A DNA stretch of 64,000 bases, taken from the human T2T-CHM13v2.0 reference genome, Homo sapiens. The DNA is taken from assembly GCF_009914755.1 (NCBI RefSeq), contig NC_060939.1, one strand, 5' to 3'. A model generated the notes under the pieces. That model did not search any database and had not been told where the DNA came from. It was given only the letters and a program-made list of their open reading frames with translations. Below, piece after piece: positions 31,756 to 46,054 of this stretch (positions are counted from its first letter, which is position 1; each line of letters begins with the position of its first letter). Made by a program: the position numbers and the translations under genes.

Positions 31756-32567
31756 ACTTCCTAAAAATCATGTTAGTGCCTAGTCTCAGGGCAAAAATGC
31801 TTTAAATTGCATGTTTCATTCTATTGCCTTCCAAATGCTAGTTCCATGATAAATCCTCATACTCGTTTGTGGCAGCCTGAGTTGGAGAGCAGATGACCCT
31901 ATTAGAACAACTGACAGCCTTTCCAATCCATACAATGTCTCAGTTTTTCTTCCACGTTGTTAAAAATAATCTCATAAACCAGAAAATCCAGCAGGGGGGT
32001 GTAGAATTCCAGTTTCTAGGACATTACACATTTATTTGGAAAATGAGTTTTTTCTTTATTGCTACAATTCATGAATCCTGCTCAATATTGACCACAGAAT
32101 AGACAGAACTTCTTAAATGCGTCTGTGACTGAGCAGTGATTAAGCAGCTTCTTTCTCTGAGCTGGTCAGTTTCTTTTCTGAGTTACTGTTAACAAGGGTG
32201 TTCTTGTGGCTGCTTTGTAAGCAAACATTGGTCAGACTGAAATTGATTTGAAACATTCACACCACTTGAATGAGTAACCAATATTATTACTAATGTTGAT
32301 AAAAATAATTGAGTGCAACTCTATTTTTATAAGCAGAAATTCTTTTCAAGGGGGAAAGTCTATTTTCTCTAAATTATTCAGAAATACCAAGGTGTTATGG
32401 ACACATATTATATACTTAATAAGAAATACTAAGTATGTATCTGTACCCTTACAAAATTAAATAAACATATGTAAAATGCTTCCAAAAAATATTTACAAAA
32501 GAGAGCATCAAATATCCTTCAGAAATACACACAATTTTCATAATAAAAGCAAGTTAGAACATTATGA

Positions 32568-32901
<334 letters not shown>

Positions 32902-33775
32902 CAAACTGCCCATTTCAGAGAAATCCCTTCCTTCTTTGCCATCAGATCTGTTATATTTCTTTTTAGTCATTTATACTTCTGGATCAACAGAACTTAACTT
33001 TATGGACTTTCAACAAGAGCTGGAAAAATAATACAGGAAGCTGAACCAAGAGACAAAGTTACACGCACCTCAAGCACATGCCTGGAACCATAAGGTGCAT
33101 CTTAGTCGCCCTGTGTTTGTGGTTCACACCTCTTTCCCTCTCTCTTCAAAACACACGTGTGCAAGAAGAGCAATGATGAGCTCATGGAAGAGGCAGTTGC
33201 TGCCCTATCTTTGGAATCAAAAGGCCTCCCTCAGGCTTTGCTGGGCCACTTTCCCGCCCCTGTAACCAACTGCAATCAGGCTTCCTGCACTCACTTCCCA
33301 CCTCTGCCATCTGCCTGCCAGGGAGAGGGGATGTGCCTGGCCTCACATGGGAAGAAGGAAGAGGCATCTGCAGCGGAGAGGCATTTGCAAACAGACCCAG
33401 AGAGCAGGATTTGCGGACAGGAGGCCTGTGGTGAGGAAGAATCCTCCTGCCAGGCCCACAAGGCTGAGGCAGTCGGCCGCTTAAAACCCAGCTCCCCTAG
33501 ACTTGAGTCAGGGTTAGGAGGGATCCTGATTCCTTGGACATCTTTAGGAGAAACATGGTATTTTTATGCTGCATTGAAACAAATAAATCTCTGTATGCCT
33601 TACAATTAATGAAGCAGATTTAAAGCATTTTCAATAGCTAGTATCACATTTTCAACTACTTTTCCCTTCGGTCCCTGGGCTGCGGCTGGGATGTGCCCTG
33701 ACCTCTGTCATTCTGCCCCTTGTTTATTCCACTGTCTCCTGTAAAACTCCTAAAGGGTCTTATATGAAGGTGGGG

Positions 33776-34060
33776 TTTTTTTTGTTTTTTTTTTAAAACG
33801 AATTTTCGCTCTGTAGTCCAGGCTGGAGTGCGGTGGCTCAATCTCAGCTCACTGCAACCTCCGCCTCCCAGGTTTCAGCCTCCAGAGTAGCTGGGAATAC
33901 AGGTGTGTTGCTTCCACACCCAGCTAATTTTTGTATTTTTAGTAGATACAGGGTTTCCCCATGTTGCCTGGGCTGATCTTGAACTCCTGGTCTCAAGTGA
34001 TCCGCCTGCCTCAGCTTCCCAAAGTGCTGGGATTACAGGTGTGAGCCACTGTGCCTGGCC
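33776..34060 (-). mobile_element. Alu (AluJb/Sz-type) with small internal deletion
   Basis: Antisense dimer. Confidence 0.92.
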
Positions 34061-34278
34061 AGAAAGTTATTAAAACTTCTCCACATCTTGCTTTCCTCGC
34101 CTGTGAGCAACACCTTTTCATCTCACAGGGTGTGTGAGCTTCATGAGAGCGTCTTAATGGGAAGCCAGTACAGGGATGGCAGCAGGTTAATTGTGGTAAT
34201 GATGAGGTCAGTTTCCCTCCTTCTGCAGGAGTCTCCTTGCAGGGGGAACATGCCTGTTCAAAGAAAGCCTTTATTTTG

Positions 34279-36534
34279 CTTTTTAAAAAAAAATTATAAA
34301 TTTTTTTTTAATGTTTAATTTTTGTGGGCACATAGTAGGTGAATATTTATGGGGTACATGAAATATTCTGATACAGGCATGCAATGCATAATAATCACAT
34401 CATGAGAAATGGTGTGTCTATCTCCTCAAGCATTTATCCCTTGTGTTGCAAACAATCCAATTATATACTCTTATAGTTATTTCAAAATGAACAATTAAAT
34501 TATTAATGACTACAGTCACCCTGTTGTGCTGTCAAATACTAGACATTATTTATACTTTCTATTTTTTGTACCCATTAACCATCCCTACCTCCCCACCAAC
34601 CCTCACTCCCCTTCCCAGACTCTGGTAAACATCCTTCTATTCTCTATGCCCATGAATTCAATTGTTTTGATGTTTAGATCCCACAAATAAGTGAGAACAT
34701 GTGATGTTTGTCTTTCTGTGTCTGGCTTATTTCACTTAACATAATGACCCCCATTTCCATCCATGTTTTTGCAAATGACAGGATCTCATTTTTTTATGGC
34801 TGAATAGTACTCCATTGTGTATATGTACTATATTTTTTGTTAATTCATTCATCTGTTGATGAACACTTAGGTTGCTTCCAAGTCTTGGCTACTGTGAATA
34901 GTGCTGCAATAAGCATGAGAGTGCAGATATCTCTTTGATATAAGGATTTTCTTTCTTTTGGGTATATATCTAGCAGTGAGATTGCTAGGTTGTAAGGTAG
35001 CTCTATTTTTAGTTTTTTGAGGAACCTCTAAACTCTTCTCCGTAGTGGTTGTACTAATTTACATTCCCACCAACAGTATACAAGGGTTCCCTTTTCTCTA
35101 CATCCTTGCCAACATTTGTTACTGCCTCACTTTTGGATAAAAGCCATTTTATCTGGGGTGAGATGATATCTTATTGTAGTTTTGCTCTGCATTTCTCTGC
35201 TGATCAATGATGTTGAGCACGTTTTCATATGCCTGTTTGCTATTTGTATGTCTTGTTTTGAGAAGTGTCTATTAAGGTCTTTTGACCATTTCAAAATCAC
35301 ATCATTAGATTTTTTTCCTGTAGAGTTGTTTGAGCTCCTTATATATTCTGGTTATTAATCCCTTATCATGTGGGCAGTTTGCAAATATTTTCTCCTATCC
35401 TGTGAGTTGTCTCTTCATTTCGTCAATTATTTCCCTTGCAGTGCAGAAGCTTTTTAACTTGATGTGATTCCATTAGTCCATTTTTGCTTTGGTTGCCTGT
35501 GTTTGTGGGGTATTTCTCAAGAAATTTTTGCCCAAACCAATGCCCTGGAGAGTTTCCCCAATGTTTTCTTGTAGTAGTTTCATAGTTTGAGGTCTTAGAT
35601 TTAAGTCTTTAATCCATTTTGATTTGATTTTTGCATATGACAAGTCTAGTTTCATTCTCCTGCATGTGGATATGCAGTTTTCTTAGTACCACTTACTGAA
35701 GAGACTGTCTTCTCCCTGGTGTACGTTCTTGGCAACTTTGTTCAAAATGAGTTCACTGTTGGTGTACAGATTTGTTTCCACGTTCTCAATTCTGTTCCAT
35801 TGGGCGATAAGTCTGCTTTTATGCCAGTACCATGCTGGTTGGGTTACTATAGCTCTGTAGTATAATTTGAAGTCAGGTACTGTGATTACTCCAGTTCAGT
35901 TCTTCTTGCTCAGAATAGCTTGGCTCTTCTGGGTCTTTTGTGGTTTTGTATAAATTTTAGGATTGTTTTTCTATTTCTGTGAAAAATGTCACTGGTCTTT
36001 TTGATAGGGATTGCATTGAGTCTGAAGATTGCTTTGGGTAGTATGGACATTTTTACAATATTGATTCTTCCAATCCATTAACATGGAATATCTTTCCTTT
36101 CTTTGATGCCCTCTTCAATTTCTTTCATTAGTGCTTGATAGTTTTCATTGCAGCAATCTTTCACTTCTCTGGTTAAGTTAATTCCTAGGTATTTAATTTT
36201 CTTTGTGACTACTGTAAATGAGATTACTTTTTTAATTTCTTTTACAGATTGTTCACTGTTGGCACATAGAAATTCTACTGACTTTTGTATGATGATTTTG
36301 TACCCTACAGCTTTACTGAATTTATCAGTTCTAATAGTTTTCTTGTGAAGTCTTTAGGTTTTTCCAAATATAAGATCATATCATCTGCAAACAAGGATAG
36401 TTTGACTTCTTTCTTTCCAATTTGGATGCCCTTTATCTTTCCTGGTTGCTCTAGCTAGGACTTCCAGTACTATGTTGAATAACAGCGGTGAAAGTGAGAA
36501 TCCTTGTCATGTTCCAGATTTTAGAGGAAAGAGG
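34279..36534 (-). mobile_element. L1MA (L1MA1-3-like), 5'-truncated, ~2.25 kb
   Basis: 3' UTR plus ORF2 C-terminal remnant (KIKSKWIKDLNLRPQTMKLLQENIGE); perfect 14-bp TSD aagcctttattttg at 34265-34278 and 36535-36548. Confidence 0.95.
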
Positions 36535-36709
36535 AAGCCTTTATTTTGGAGCCCAGTGTCTGACAGTGGAAAGAGCACAGAAATTAGAGTCACACATCCT
36601 GCCCACATCCTGCCTCATTGGCTTTGTGACTATAGAAATGTTATTGAACCTTCCTGGGTCTTGGTAGCCTCACCTTTAAAATGGGTATAATAATCCCTGT
36701 TCAAATGGC

Positions 36710-37585
36710 TGTAGTGACTTTGAAACACACCAATTTGGCTAAGCCAAAATGCATTCCCCAGAATTCTTGTTCCTGTATGTTTCCAGTTAGGATGGGCCTT
36801 GAAGGACATTTTGCACAGATTTAGAGAGTGGAAATGGAGTAGCAACTGTGTTGCTGTGTAGCTGCATTGCTGTTACTGTTGAAAGGTGGGTGTGGTGGGT
36901 ATAGGGGCACATGCAATGTCGATTTCTGCTGGCTCACCTCGTAGGTGTGCAGAAGCAGTTGAGCTTGCAGCTGTTCAACCTTCACCTGAGGCTCCTTCAG
37001 CTCCTCCAATGCCTGGGTCAGAGACGTGTTTAGCTCCACAATGAGGGGCATCTGCTTCTCTTGCAGGTCACCTGCATTATCAAAGTTGGGGGCAGTGAGA
37101 GACTGACACACACAGACATGTGGATAGGTTCTAAAACTACCTCTCTGGAAAAAGCAAAAGCCCTGGTTTATAGTGTTTGCCAATTGATGCGGTGTAAGTA
37201 CTCCCTTTGTGGCTGATTTCAAGCTCTCAATGTGGTGTCATTGAATGCAAAGTTAGGAAGAGATCCATACACTAGACTCTTGTGAGCTGATAGGAGAGGG
37301 CTCCAGCGCAACACTGGTGATGGGTCCAGTCACTTTTGACGAGCTGCAATGTGTGCTTGTGGGTTCTACATTGTCCTTGCTCTTCCCAATTTACAACCGT
37401 CTTCCCTTCCTGATAGCCTTTCCTGCAAACTTCAAGTGGTGGATTTATATGCAAAGGCACCTGCCTATCAGAGACTTTTTAAGCAGTTGCCATAGAATAA
37501 TCCATTTACATCTACATATTTTTTTTCTCTAATGATTTCCTCCAGTGATTTTACTTATTTGACTTAACCCTGCCCCCTGACAGAT
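36710..37585 (+). mobile_element. ERVL-type LTR (LTR41-like)
   Basis: tgtagtgactttg...ttggctaagcc...ccccagaattc...tgtatgtttccagttagg; flanks atggc/atggg. Confidence 0.65.
37110..37318. mobile_element. MER63A-like hAT MITE
   Basis: aaaagccctggtttatagtgtttgcc...ggtgtaagtactccc...ggctccagcgcaacactgg. Confidence 0.7.
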
Positions 37586-37805
37586 ATGGGCAGTTTAACT
37601 GAGATAATTTATGTGAAACAGCCAGCAGTGTTAGGCACAAAGTAGACACTGCATAATGTCAACTTCCTTAATGAGTGATTGTCAACTATTTGAAATTAAT
37701 AGTATGTCATTTCCTCTCCTGATATCACGGGACTCAGAGATATTCATCATATTTATGGAATCATGTTCCTTTTATTTCTTTCCTAAGAAGATGAATCATA
37801 CAGAC

Positions 37806-38105
37806 CAGCACTATTCAATCGAAACATAATGCAAGCCACATATGTCATTTAAAAATTTCTAGTGCCACATTAGAAAAAGCTTTAAAAAAGGTAAAATTAA
37901 TTATAATATATTCAATGTAATCCAATATATCAAAAATATTATTTCAACATGTAATCAGTGTAAAATAATATCCATTAGGTATTTTAAATTCTTTTTGTAC
38001 CAACTATTTACAAATGTATATTATTTTTAAATTGCAGCACATCTCAATTTTAAGTGGTCATATTCAAGAGCCACACTGTGACTAGTGGCCATCATATTAC
38101 AGAGT
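37806..38105. mobile_element. MER33-like hAT-Charlie element
   Basis: cagcactattcaatcgaaacataatgcaagccacatatg...gactagtggccatcatatt. Confidence 0.8.
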
Positions 38106-38175
38106 ATTTGTGTAAATATAGACCCATAACAAATGTAAAATAATATATAATAAAAAATTATTTTTAATTGTCTGT

Positions 38176-38600
38176 GTTTTTCTTTTTTCTTTCGTTTTTA
38201 ACTTTTAGGTTCAGAGGTACATGGGCAGGTTTGTTATATAGATAAACTCGTGTCACAGCGGTTGCTTCTACAGATTATTTCATCATGCAGGTACTAAGCC
38301 TAGTACCCAATAGTTATTTTTTCTCCTCCTCTTCCTATCTTCCAGCCTCAAGTAGGTCCCAGTGTCCGTTGCTACCTTCTTTCTCATCATTCGGCTCCCA
38401 CTTACAATTGAGAACATGTGGTGTTTGGTTTTCTGTTCCTCCACTAGTTTGCTGAAGATAATGGCCTCCAGCTCCATCCATGTTCCTGCCAAAGGCATGA
38501 TCTTGTTATTTTCATGGCTGCACCGTATTCTATGGTGTATACGTACCACATTTTCTTTATCCAGTCTACCATTGATGGGCACTTGGGTGGATTCCCCATG
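38176..38600 (-). mobile_element. L1PA (L1PA13-16-like) 3' fragment
   Basis: ggtactaagcctagtacccaatagtta; atggcctccagctccatccatgttcctgc. Confidence 0.9.
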
Positions 38601-38759
38601 CTTGCTCTCAGCACAGGCTTCCAAAATCCCAGTGCTGTTCACTCCTAGGGATACCAGTAATGGGCTGTCTTGGTTTCAGGAGGCCTGCTTCTATACTGCT
38701 CATAGATCAAGGGTGTCAGAAATTAGAAGACACGAAGTTTCCTCATTCCTCCCTCAAGC

Positions 38760-39045
38760 TTTATGTTTTTGAGACAGGGTCTCGCTCTCGCTCTGTCATC
38801 CAAGCTGGAGTGCAATGGCACAATCACAGCTCACTGCCTCAGCCTCCCAGGTTCAAGCACCCTCCTGCCTCAGCCTCCTGAGTAGCTGGGACCACAGGTG
38901 CGCACCACCATGCCTGGCTAATTTTTAAATTTTTATGGAGATAGGGTCGATGTTGTCCAGGCTGGTCTTGAACTCCTGGGTTCAAAAGGTCCTCCTGTCT
39001 CAGCCTCTTATACGTGCTAGGATTATAAAGCATGAGTGGCCAGCC
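38760..39045 (-). mobile_element. Alu (AluJ-type)
   Basis: Diverged antisense dimer. Confidence 0.9.
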
Positions 39046-39361
39046 CCCTGTACTTTAAACACACTAATTCAGAAGGCTTATCAGGTCCCACAGGCCAGTA
39101 GGACAGAGATGTGGACACCAAATTTGTAGCACACTAGTTTGAGTTTCTATTAACCTCAATAATGTTCTGGAAGTTGCTTAAAAAAAAAAACAGCAAACTA
39201 TAGTTAACTTAAGATTCATATATTGCTCTTTCAAGTTAAAAGTAAAATACACTAATTTTTATCTGGTTTTACCACAATAAAATATGCCTATGCATTTTTC
39301 TGATTGGTAATACAATTTGGAACACAACTGACCAGGGCGTGTGCCAACAAATACATCACAT

Positions 39362-40006
39362 TAGGTCCAGAATTGGTTCCTTCCAGTGGGCTCTCGGTCT
39401 CCCTGCCTTCAAGAATGAAGCCGTGGAGCTTCACGGTGAGTGTTACAGCTCTTAAAAATGGTGTGTCCGCAGTTGCTTCCCTCCAGTGGGTTCGTCATCT
39501 CACTGACTTCACGAGTGAAGCTGCAGACCTTTGCAGTGAGTGTTACAGCTCTTAAAGGCGTCACATCCACAGTAGTTTGCTCCTCCCAGGAGGCTTGGGT
39601 TCATGCTCTTCCTAACTTCACGAACGAAGCTACAGACCCTCTGGGGAAAGTAGTGTGGACTCAAGAATCAGCAGCAGCTACCTTTATTGTGAACAGGCAA
39701 AGAACAAAACTACCCCCTGAACAGAAGAAGACCCCACAGGGTTATCACTGAGGGTGTGGGGTGGCCAGCTTTTATTCCCTTATTTGGCCCCACCCACATC
39801 CTGCTGATTGGTCCATTTTACAGAGCACTGATTGGTCCATTTTACAGAGTGCTGATTTGTCTGTTTTTACAGAGTGCTGATTGGTACCTTTACAAACCTT
39901 TAGCTAGACACAGAGCGCTAATTGGTGTGTTTACAATCCTTTAGCTAGACAGAAAAGTTCTCCAAGTCCCCACCAGACCCAGAAGCCCAGCCGGCTTCAC
40001 CTCTCA
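39362..40006 (-). mobile_element. LTR12-family (ERV9) solo LTR
   Basis: Homologous to 11799-12428; gattgg repeats; ggcttcacctctca end; no clean TSD seen. Confidence 0.9.
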
Positions 40007-40204
40007 GTTTCCATCCAGACCCTCATCTCTGTCATCTATTTCATTTTTGCTTGTGTTGATGCAGAGATCCCACATCCAACAATAACTACAGCAGCAAGAG
40101 TGCCTCATGTGGAGCTGTCTGCAGAGCTTGCCAACTTGCCAGAGACTCCCCTGTGGTGGGCTCCAGGTTTCGTGTCACAAACTTGGGTATAAAAAAGGAA
40201 ACTG

Positions 40205-40467
40205 TCCCAGCCCTTTGGGAGGCCAAAGCAGAAGGATTTATTGAGGCCAGGAGTTTGAGACTAGCTTGGGGAACATAGTGAGATCCTGTCTCTACAAAAA
40301 AATAAAAAAATATTTAGCCAAGCTTGGTGGCACCTGTAGTCCCAGCTACTTGGGAGGCTGAGGCAGGAGGATGGGTTTAGCCCGGGAGTTTGAGGCTGCA
40401 ATGCACTATGATGACACCACTGCGCTTCAGCCTGGGTGGCAGAGATCCTTTCTCTGAAAAAAAGAAA
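40205..40467 (+). mobile_element. Alu (AluJ-type), 5'-truncated
   Basis: Diverged dimer whose A-tail hosts the next Alu. Confidence 0.88.
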
Positions 40468-40793
<326 letters not shown>

Positions 40794-41793
40794 TCAATTT
40801 CTGGGTTTTCTGGTAAATTCAAGATCTCCCCTCAGGCTCCTTCCCTGGAGGATGGGTTTACTCAGGCAGGAGCTCCCAGCAGCTTGAGAGGCGGGGCTCT
40901 CTTCTATATGGTGTGTGCTTGAGGGGCTGGGACCTACCCTGAGAGCCTCTCCACCTCACCTGGGTGTTTGCTAAGCCCTTCTGCAGGGCCTGGTCAGCCC
41001 CTGGTCTGGTCTGGGCTGCGAGGCTTTCCAGGACCTTGGCTCTTAGCCTCAGTATTGCATTTCTCCAGGCAGTGCAGGAACACGCTTGCTGTCCTCTCGT
41101 GCCCATCCAGAGGGCTGCGGAACTCCCGGACCTGCAGTGTGGTGCCGGTGAGGCAGAACTGTGGGATCCTGGCTCAGAAGGACCCATCCTCAGTGTTCCT
41201 ATCAATACTCACATGTCTTGTTTTCTCCTAAGCCCTCTCCATCTTGCTTTCTAGTTTTAGCAAGTATTTTCCTAAAACTTGTCTTCTATTCGCCTCTGGG
41301 TTTACTTGTTTATTTTAAGAATGTTTCGTCTTTGTGCCCTGAACTAGCTGCAACCTTTCCCTTAGGGACATAGTAGGCTCATCTAGCTGTTGATGCCATG
41401 GGAAGTGACCTCATACTACCGCCAAGCAATACGATGACATGATGGGACAGGGTGCGCCAGTTAATCACTGCAAACTGCAATGTAAAGGTATGAAATTAGG
41501 AGATTAGTTCATTCTCAGAAAACAGGTGCTGCATAAATAACTGAGGTTATGATGGATTTCCAAGGTCTCCAAACTAGGGCACTCACAACAGGGCACACAT
41601 ACATTTCTCCCATAAGATTTTCCAGTAAACCACTTCATCATAAACCGTATCATCATAAAATGATTCATACTGATCAAATTTTGAAGAGCAGTTCCATAAA
41701 AACATGGTAAGATCTACAATGAGTTGACTTTAACTTGGAAAAAGAAAAGCTATTGGAATGCTTCCACCTTAATTGAAATAAACTTGGACATGA

Positions 41794-42084
41794 GGCCAGG
41801 CACGGCAGCTCACGCCTGTAATACCAGCACTTTGGGAGGCTGAGGCAGGTGGACAACCTGAGGTCAGGAGTTCGAGACCAACCTGTCCAACACGGTGAAA
41901 CCCTGTCTCTACTAAAAATACAAAAATTAGCTGGGTGTGTTGGCATTTGCCTGTAATCCCAGCTACTCAGAAGGCTGAGGCAGGAGAATCGCTTGAACCC
42001 AGGAGATGGAGGTTGCAGTGAGCTGAAATCCAGCCTGGGGGACAAACGCGAAACTCCATCTCAAAACAAACAGACCAAAAAAAA
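41794..42084 (+). mobile_element. Alu (AluS-type)
   Basis: Dimer with small 3' deletion; aaacttgga flanks. Confidence 0.94.
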
Positions 42085-43504
42085 CTTGGATTTGCAATAA
42101 ACGGTGGTTCACTCAATGTTTCACATGAGCATGAAATTCGCCTGAGGACATTTGTCCCCAGAGATTGATCAGAGGAGCTCTAAATTCTCCGGGCATTTTG
42201 CACTCCCGTGAAACAGCAAGCCTTCTGGTAGTGACATTTAGGTTGTGGCAGTCCTAGCTATGGGAGCTGGTACACAATTGCCTCCCTCCTTGGGGCTTAT
42301 TTGGGTGTTTTTTTGTTTTTGTTTTTGTTTTTCTTTGGCTGTCACAGATCTTGAGCTTTAGAAACACTAGAACTCCTGTGGGTTGTCTCTGGTGCCACTT
42401 TGATAACCCAAGTAAGGTAGAATTAGTTATCAGCCTAGACAAAGTAAAATGATTTTTGGCTTACATGAATGTTATTTGATCCCATATCTGTTTTTAGAAG
42501 TGATGTCCCTGTCTGTGCAGTATCCTGGTGACACTTCAACCTATAGGCAGGAGGAAGGAAAATGTGGGCTGCCATTTGGAGGAAGAACTGGAAACCAGAC
42601 ACTCCTATTTGGATCCATTTAGGATGCCGGTGTGTTTGTGCTGATTCCAGACTTGGAAACTGGGGTACTTTTTCAAAGAGAGTTTTCAGAGGGACTCAGA
42701 GAGGAGCCCGGGAGCAGAACAGGGTCCATTTGTTTCACCTGGAGAATGACATTAGTGTGGTAAGGTTTGCTAAGCTCCTTGCACCTCTGCACAGCCAGGG
42801 TGCTATTACCCAGGCTTCATGCATCAGGGCTTTGGTTTGGATCCAGAGGAGTGGGTTCCTGTGTTTTCTGGGTTCTTTGCTGTCCTTAGGATCCTACAGA
42901 CGCATCACATATACTTGTGCTTCCTTTTTGAAAAGATTTGGTGGTTGGTGTCCCTCTCCTCCTCCTACCTCTGGGCTGTAGTTCTCCTCCCACATCATCC
43001 TTGGCCTCTCATCAGGAGTTTGCATCCTTAGGCAACAAGGGAGGGGCATTGCTGCAAGCTCAACTCTGCTTCCTTGTGTGGGTGCCCTGCCCTTGGATGT
43101 GCTGGGCTAAGCCACCTCTTACTGTTGCTGGAGAAGAGATCGCTATGGCCCAGTCGGCACCAGGACCCACCTGTCAAGTTGGGCTTCAGGATGATGTGCT
43201 GCCATTATTTCCTTTTGCCTTGTTTTCTTTTGTCCTCCTTCAGTTTGCTGCACAGCAGCTTGTGTATCTGTCAGCCACCCCGCTTCTCCCTGGGCCCCAG
43301 GGCCTCGGGGGGCCATGCTGCCTCATTGTTGGTAGAGTGTGCACACAGTGCTTGGGCACCTGCTCTTTCTTCTCCCAGTCTGCTCTCCCCAAAGGCTGCC
43401 AGAGGGTCTGATCATATCCCCTCTCCCCTCCCACCCCACACATGCCAGGCCTTTAGCCCCGCACCTTGGGCACCCTGCCTCGCCTCGCCTCACCTTCACC
43501 ACTC

Positions 43505-43834
43505 TTTTTTTTTTTTTTTAATTACTGTTTTTTATTTCTTGTTTTGAGACAGAGTCTCACCCTGTTACCCAGACTGGAGTGAACTGGCACAATCTCGGCT
43601 CACTGTCACCTCCACCTCCCAGGTTCAAGACATTCTCCTGCCTCAGCCTCCTGAGTAGCTGGGATTACAGGTTTGTGCCACCATGCCTGGCTAATTTTTT
43701 TTTTTTTTGGTATCTTTAGTAGAAATGGGGTTTCACCATGTTGGCCAGGCTGGTCCTGAACTCCTGACCTCATGATCCACCCACCTCGGCCTCCCAAAGT
43801 GCTGGGGTTACAGGTGTGAGCCACTGTGCCCAGC
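43505..43834 (-). mobile_element. Alu (AluS-type)
   Basis: Antisense dimer; TSD caccttcaccact. Confidence 0.94.
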
Positions 43835-43989
43835 CACCTTCACCACTTTTGTTCTGAGCCCCAATTTTGCTGGGTTCCCTCACTGATCTGTGTTCCCTTC
43901 CTGGGTCCTTTTTGCTCCCTCTGGGCCCATACAACCCTTCCAGGTCACTAACTCTTATCATGACCAACCAGGCCAGGCCTTCCGTGGCT

Positions 43990-44182
43990 CACGCTCCTGG
44001 AGACGCTCATTGGAGCTCACACCACTGTGACAATGTCACCTGTCGTGCTGTGGCTCTTTTGCTGGTCTCAAGCCTCTTTGAGGGCAAGGACCACGTCATG
44101 TTTGCTCAGGCCTGAACCTTTTGTGCTTGGCTCTGAGTAGGCCCACAGTAATGCCAGTGTGTTCGATGGGAGAATGAATGAG
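43990..44182 (+). mobile_element. L2 3' end
   Basis: ctttgagggcaaggaccacgtc...gagtagg...gaatgaatga. Confidence 0.65.
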
Positions 44183-46054
44183 CTGTACCTTGCTATCCCA
44201 GCACACCCTACCCTACCCAACTCCAGTCCTAAATAGTGGCAGAGATGGATAGATCATAAGCAATTCTAAATCAATTGTACCAGTGTGGTGGATACTGATA
44301 AAAATATTTTTAAAATCGCATATGATATAGAATGTTCCAAATCATTTGTGATATATGTTATCTGGCATTATATTATCAGGGCCTTAAAAAATCCTCTTCT
44401 CTCATTAAAATATAATAGTTCCTATTAGGAGCATTTCAGACCCAGTAGATACCTAATGCTTGTTTATTGATGGTGGTGATGACAGCATTTTAGTACAGAG
44501 GTAATTGATTTTCACAGTGACAAGCCGGAGGCTCGTTGATGAATGAGCACATGAGGCCCTGCAAGACACTGAAATGCCTTATGAATGAAAGCAATTATTT
44601 CAGTGCAGTTTTACTGTTAAGTGATTTTATTGCATTTCAAATTTTAAAAATTAGCAATTCCTGGAGGGTATACGCCACAACTATATGGAACAGGATGTGT
44701 GATTGACAACTCACAGCACCCTTAGTGAAGCTCGGACTTTGGGAGCTTGAGCTTCCCCTGCTAACACTGCCCTGCTCTCTGAGGCATGTGCAGTCTTTTG
44801 TGAACCTTTTTGTTTTTGTCAAACAATCACTGTAGGGCTGGACAGTGAGTTGACAAACTGGTGATTTATGGAATGGATACCCGCTTTGCACTTTCCTTTT
44901 TTGATGATTATCTTAGCAAAGCGGAGCATTCCGTGGACAGCTCCAGCGTGCTTCTCCAGCTGCTAAAAGCAGGTAGTGCAACTCAGATCCAGATTAAATG
45001 TCCATTTATTGAGTCCCACTGCTTCCTGAGTGCTTTCTCTAAATGCAAGATTCAGTCCAATCTTCCGGGCACCCTGGTGGCTTGGGGTTCACTGTGCATA
45101 TTTTTCACATGTAGAAACAAAGACTCAACTTGGGGAGGTTGGAGAACTTCCAAGGTCATGTCCAGCATTCTTATCTGCATGCTCCCAGGCCCACTCAACT
45201 CCTTGCAATTTTTTGTTCATATCCTGGGGGGGCAAGGCCAGCAAACCTTTTGCAAATATATGGTTGAGAGAAAAAGCAACCCAGGGCAGGGAAGGTGACT
45301 GCGATTGCCATATACAAACAAAATCAGAAAATTCTAAACCAGTCACAAACAAAATGCAGTTGAGCAAATCTTTCTAGGATCTTAATTGTTTATGCAGTAA
45401 TGGGTGGCATTTATCTGATATAATTTGTCAATTGAAAAGGCAAACAGTTTCAATTCAGTGGTGGAAAACTGCATTCAGGAACGAGTGACAGAATAATCAC
45501 TGAAGGAAAATGTTATTGGAAACCATTAAGCAAGAATTTATGGGAAAATGAAAGACAAGCTGTCCCCTCATCCCACTCTGTTGAGCTTTCCCTGGAAACT
45601 GCAAGCTGCCAATGAGAAGCCAAGTTGAAATGCAAGGCCAGCCAATCAAACAGTTTATCACGTAAGACAACGTAGGCAAAACAAAGGTACTATGGCTGAA
45701 AGGGAACAGGGAGGAAGGACTCAGGAAGCCTTGTGTGCTCAGTCTAAACACCTGGCTACCCAGCAAAAAGCAGGTATATTTCATCTAAAAATTAGGTCAG
45801 AATACTAGTCAAATCCAATTATAAAACACCTCCCTTTTTTCCTCTTCTGCAAAACATATTTCACGATAAAAGGCAATAACCCTAGCATTATCTGCCACAT
45901 GATTTAAGAAATAGAGAGGCTTCTAGTATTTCTCCTTCTCTTCCTCCCTGTCCTTCTCCCTCTGTGCTGTACCTGCTTCCATCCATCTCTTTGTATAACT
46001 CCCCCTCCCTTTCTTTTTCCCTCCTTCCTTCCTTCCTCCTGCTCTCCCTCCTTC

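Larger units (their letters stand above)
36555..37668 (+). mobile_element. MIR split by an LTR41-like insertion
   Basis: cctcacctttaaaatgggtataataat (~36670-36695), resuming at ~37590 with actgagataatttatgtgaaaca...ggcacaaagtag. Confidence 0.65.

Noticed and set aside
33157-33609. 150-aa ORF in non-repeat sequence
   Set aside because: GTG start, no recognisable domain and no splice context.
42562-43547. Overlapping 139-157-aa ORFs, possible processed pseudogene
   Set aside because: No homology I can recognise in any frame and no poly(A)/TSD signature. A tBLASTx search would settle it.
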